This document shows, in pieces, positions 60,401 through 64,000 of a stretch of 64,000 nucleotides of DNA. The DNA is from Ramazzottius varieornatus (Eukaryota > Animalia > Tardigrada): NCBI GenBank assembly GCA_001949185.1, contig BDGG01000011.1, positions 202,123 to 266,122 of the forward strand. The letters run 5' to 3'. The translations under genes were made by a program, and so were the position numbers. The notes under the pieces were generated by a model that had not been told where the DNA came from, ran no database searches, and saw only the letters and a program-made list of their open reading frames with translations. Every line of letters begins with the position of its first letter. Within the stretch, counting starts at the first letter, position 1.

Positions 60401-62752
60401 ATGCAACGTGTTAGTCGTATTTGGCGATACCCAGTCTGCTGCGAGTTGTCGGCAAGCTCAAGATGACTGTCAGATTTCGCACACGTGCGGTAAGCAATGG
60501 CGAAATTACCTGCATAACTCTACTTGGTGTCAAAACAGGCCGTACTTTGATCCTCGCAAGTCGATATTTTGTGTATTAATTCTGCTCTTTCAATAGGTCT
60601 GCATTACCATAGCGTTTTAATAAGGTGTCGAGACACATCATCCAACGACACCGCTTGCACAGAAGAATGCCAGATAGCGCAGCATACTCTGGCTTCCGGC
60701 ACCCGAGAAGGGACTCGCTTCACGCAGTGCGCCTGTACAGGAGTTTCCGCAGAGGACATTCAGTATTGCCGAAATCTGCATAAAGTATTCAGTTGTGTCC
60801 GCAGCACCAAAGCTGATCAGTCGCTGAAACCCTCCAATACAACGGTTTCGTGCAACGACGCCAGGAGGTACTGCGAAGAGGACTGGGTTTGTCGCGATGC
60901 TCTGCATTACTACGAAGTGGCTTGTGAGCAAAGCACTCGGAGGAACCGCGGACGGGATAATACATGTCCAACAGTACGCTGCCAGGACAGCTTCGAGATT
61001 TTGATTCGGCAGACGCAGGCGGAGAACCTTCGAGGATGTACTTGTGACGACGTCACTGCGGCACCACGATGGGTGTATTGTTTCGATTTCTTAAAATTTG
61101 CAGACTGTGAAGCCGCCACCATCATGCAAACCTTCGTTAGCGCGTCCTCAAAAACTTGTCACAAACTGTCAATATTATTGGTGTTCGTCTTCAGTTGCCT
61201 TGCGGCGCTAACTTTGTTTTCTTTCAGCTGAATCTTGCTCAAATGCCCTGAAACTTTAGTTTACTCTGTAATTTCGCGCTTTGCTTAAAGCTTTTGTCGT
61301 TTCGGTGGCCCACACAAGCAGTTGATTATTGAACTCGCTGTTTTTCGCTCTGTATGAATTACTACACCGTAGCAGCGCTACGCGCGTTCTAAGATAAACT
61401 ATGCAAAGTCCACGAGAAAACCATCACGACGAGAAGCTTATTAAAAGATTTTCTGCCAGTCAACATTGTACACCTCATACTGTAATTATCCGCTTAACTG
61501 TTGTAGCTTCGTGCATCGAAAAAGCAATTCGTCCTAGTTAATTAACTCTGAAATATTGAAAGAGATTGTGTAAAAGTTGAATAAATAAATCTATCTACAG
61601 GTTAAGCTGTCTGCTAATAGGTCGTGTGCTGTAGGCGCGTCAGTGCAGTCCACTGGTCAGATGGATTTTGGTACAGCACCTCGGTATACCTCGTTGTAGT
61701 TAATCGTTTGTAGTTCCAGCGAGAGTTTCAGCGGTAGAAACTCTTTCATCCAAATAGCCTTCGGCTTTTGACTACCTGCTGCCCGGTAAGCTGTTCTGAT
61801 TCCCGCGTTTTTCGTTGGCTGACTTTCGTCGGTGGGCGTATCTCGGTCGAATGTGCACCGCTCACCGCTAATTAGAAAGTTCGTGACGTTGACAGGAGGA
61901 CCCACTCGAGGTTGATAGTGGATGACGGAAGGGCGGAAAGGAAGTACTGTAGATAGCGGAGGATACGATCATGATCATTATATCGCGCAACATCTACATT
62001 GACATTGCAGTGGTTTCAAAACAGTTACCCATGGTTGAAGGTGGGGAGATCTTGGGCGTGGTAGGCTGAGATCGATAGATACGTTTCTGTGATTTCGGAA
62101 TGCGGCCTAGTCTGACCGCTGAAAGTAAATTTATGTCAGGTAGTCTACGAGCGCATTGAAAACAAAAGGACCACGTGACTGACCGTCCAAGCTCATTCCT
62201 TGATTCACGCACTTCTCGAACCTGCAACGTTTGCAGCGAACCCGGCTGTCAAAGCTGATGTGGCATCTTCCACCCATGTAACACTTGTATTCGTGGAACC
62301 GGGCGAGTCCTCGCTTGAAGAACGCCTGGAACAAGTACAAATAGTGGGTTTGACGGGCAATTACTTGTGCAAATTAGGTAAATAATAAACTCAAAAATCA
62401 TTCCGAGACTCGAATTTCGAAGAAGCTTTCCTTCAGCTACGTAGAGTTGTCCCGTTTTCGGTTTCTGGAAGGGTTTTCATCATCTGTGTCCTGGTCATGT
62501 GACAGTTCGAAAACCGGTTTTTTCGCTTTCGGTAGGTATTGCTTTGATGTGAGAAACATCAGCCGATATACATGTGATGAGAAGGTGGATGGAGAAAGCT
62601 TCAATGTGAAGCTGACGATCAATATGTTTCGACCGCGGTGGAAAACATGCAGTTCCTACCTTGCATCCTTCACAGCTTTGCACTCCATAATGGACACCAG
62701 TGGCTTGCCCTTCGCAGATCCGGCATACAGGGATTTCCGCGTAGTAATCCAT
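52487..62752 (-). CDS. Nuclear receptor, divergent NR1-like; exons 62752-62660, 62325-62184, 62118-62029, 54111-53570, 53501-53334, 53263-53050, 52956-52829, 52615-52487
   Basis: C4 zinc fingers [27 protein letters not shown]...CKRCRFEKC and T-box AVRLGRIPK. LBD signature FALGLAGFAEMNVGDQSYLIK and INSLQLTLTERFALLAV. The phase-1 junction 62029->54111 is in frame. Confidence 0.82.
54449..54482 (+). repeat. Compound microsatellite (GT)7(GA)10
   Basis: Seen directly in the sequence. Confidence 0.9.
57970..59559. mobile_element. Old TA-flanked DNA element with ~120-bp degenerate TIRs, host of a nested MITE
   Basis: Termini TA-CACTGCGCCT / AGGCGCAGCTG-TA. Internal match CCGACTCTGATGCTTCGAACGTCTTTGTGAAGGCTGATGTT versus the reverse complement of AACATTAGCTTCCACAAAGACGTTTGAAGTATCAAAATCGG. 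Confidence 0.65.
58243..58970. mobile_element. Tc1/mariner-type non-autonomous element (728 bp)
   Basis: 27-bp TIR CAGCCTGAGGGGGCCAAGTGACTACCA versus CAGCCTCAAAGGGCCAAGTGACTACCA (24/27). TA TSD (58241-42, 58971-72). Confidence 0.85.
60357..61231 (+). CDS. Gas1: Growth-arrest-specific 1 (Gas1)/GFRalpha-like GPI-anchored protein nested antisense in the nuclear-receptor intron; exons 60357-60541, 60625-61231
   Basis: Signal peptide; two GDNF-receptor-type Cys domains (SCRQAQDDCQISHTC...CTEEC...CACTG and SCNDARRYCEEDWVCRDALHYYEVAC...CQDSFEILIRQ..A..L..CTCD); hydrophobic C-terminus; AATAAA near 61580. Exact donor (60542 GT or 60539 GC) is uncertain. Confidence 0.82.
61657..61946 (-). CDS. Candidate alternative terminal exon giving a DBD-only nuclear-receptor isoform
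   Basis: CTATCTACAG acceptor closes an 82-nt intron from the 62028 donor. It is phase-compatible and open for ~96 codons (VLPFRPSVIHYQPRVGPPVNV...PKSI*). Confidence 0.5.
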
Positions 62753-63199
62753 CAAATTATTTTGAGTTCCACTATTAAAGTCAAACAAACCCAAACGGGG
62801 AAAAACCCACAGCTCACTACAAGGCCTGTCTACAGCTGTCACGTTATGGTTTGAGCCAAACAAATGTTTCAGAGTGGTGGAAGAAGCGAACTTTGAGCTC
62901 TTTTCCAAGGTATTCGAGAAATGTCTCCACAGCAGATATTTCTCGATACAGTGCAGAAATTATCGATCGCGGTTTCAGTGGGCGGATGCTAAAGGTTGAT
63001 ATGGCCACTCACAGTCGTCTTAATGCCAACAAGTCACTCACCTATGTTTTATCAAACTTCTGCCTTGCGTTTTATCGTCCGGATTCTACCTGTGATGTAT
63101 GCCGATGGGGGGCGTAACCAGCTACAAACTGACGTCAGCGCTGCGCATTTTGGTTTCTGACGATGCCGAATGCCAATTGTCGGGCATATTTGCAACTCC

Positions 63200-63410
63200 T
63201 ACTGTAAAGTGCCGATCAGGTGGGTCACCTTACGGACCCGGTTCGTGAAAAAAGACTGTTCGGATAGTGGGTGAAATATTTGGTCGATTTGTGTACTGAA
63301 CAGCTGATCCATATGGCATCACACACAAAACCCAGAACTGTCCGCGCAGGGCGTATTTTACGCACGGACCTGGTCCGTAACGTAACGCAGCTGATCAGCA
63401 CTTTACAGTG
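63200..63410. mobile_element. MITE with ~48-bp TIR (CACTG-like terminus), 211 bp
   Basis: ACTGTAAAGTGCCGATCAGGTGGGTCACCTTACGGACCCGGTTCGTG versus the reverse complement of the right end, ACTGTAAAGTGCTGATCAGCTGCGTTACGTTACGGACCAGGTCCGTG. No clear TSD. Confidence 0.75.
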
Positions 63411-64000
63411 CATTTCAGTCAAAACCAGCCCTAGAAGTGCCAGATATTGCTTTTTCCAGCCCAGTCTTCTCTGTAAACTACGGTTCTGTCGCTTTCGAAT
63501 ACTGGATGCATGGTACAAGATTCAGAGAGCATACGGAAGTATCCGGCGGTCGCAAACGCAACAAGGACACAGGCACTGTAGCACGCTTTCAACCCACGTC
63601 TCGTAAAGAGCCAAGGCATGCGTGTACATCTGACAGGTATCAGACCATCGCAATTTTTTTTTTAAAGGGTTGTACAAGATCACGGGTTTTGCGCTATCTG
63701 TACGCTTGCTTGGCGGACGACAAGGGCCCTGATTCGGTCTCTAACCACATCCCGTGCTGTTCACCTGTATTCCTCTATCCATCCAGATCTGCTGGCGCCG
63801 AGGGCCATTACAGTACATCTTCGTAATCATCACCGCGGAGTGCGGGAGATGCGCCCACATGGAGGGGAACCCAGAGAAACACATGTTGCACAGCGCGCCG
63901 ATGATTCAGCCTCCACTTCATTCATGATCAGGCTATAATCATGATCAGGCATGATCGCTATAAGGGCATTCTCAAGCTAAGATGGGCGATTTTGTGTTTA

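Noticed and set aside
1-64000. CRISPR arrays, rRNA, tRNA, prokaryotic operons or horizontally acquired bacterial genes
   Set aside because: No regularly spaced repeat-spacer array or recognisable structural RNA was seen by eye, and genes have spliceosomal introns. tRNAscan-SE and Infernal would be needed to exclude small RNAs formally.

Overview
Gene-dense metazoan genomic DNA with short GT-AG introns (mostly 60-250 nt) and one assembly gap (28711-29183). The architecture is consistent with a compact invertebrate such as a tardigrade; that is an inference, not a taxonomic proof. The raw ORF track fragments most genes, so exons were reconstructed by hand from splice sites and reading-frame phase. 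Conserved genes: mitochondrial-type CysRS (runs off the left edge), MRPL52, SLC35C2, CHMP4/Snf7, an RGK GTPase, two intact serpins plus a serpin pseudogene, an intronless amine-like GPCR, dystrobrevin, and an NR1-like nuclear receptor whose ~7.9-kb intron hosts an antisense Gas1-like gene. Unassigned proteins: a 351-aa Pro/Tyr/Lys-rich protein built from duplicated symmetric phase-1 exons (22120-23614), a secreted Gly/Ser/Tyr + 14-Cys protein with a repeated SPLTCxxxC module (44091-44777), and a frameshifted 4-TM PPxY protein. Intergenic DNA carries many DNA transposons: an intact DD37D (maT-type) Tc1/mariner element, a full-length two-ORF PIF/Harbinger element with AAT TSD (Pangu-like) and a single nonsense codon, hAT, Kolobok-like and ISL2EU-like MITEs, nested elements, foldback hairpins and a decayed CRE-clade retrotransposon. 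Best candidates for new biology: the exon-modular Pro/Tyr protein, the novel Cys-module secreted protein, and the nuclear receptor's possible DBD-only versus full-length terminal-exon switch around the nested Gas1.
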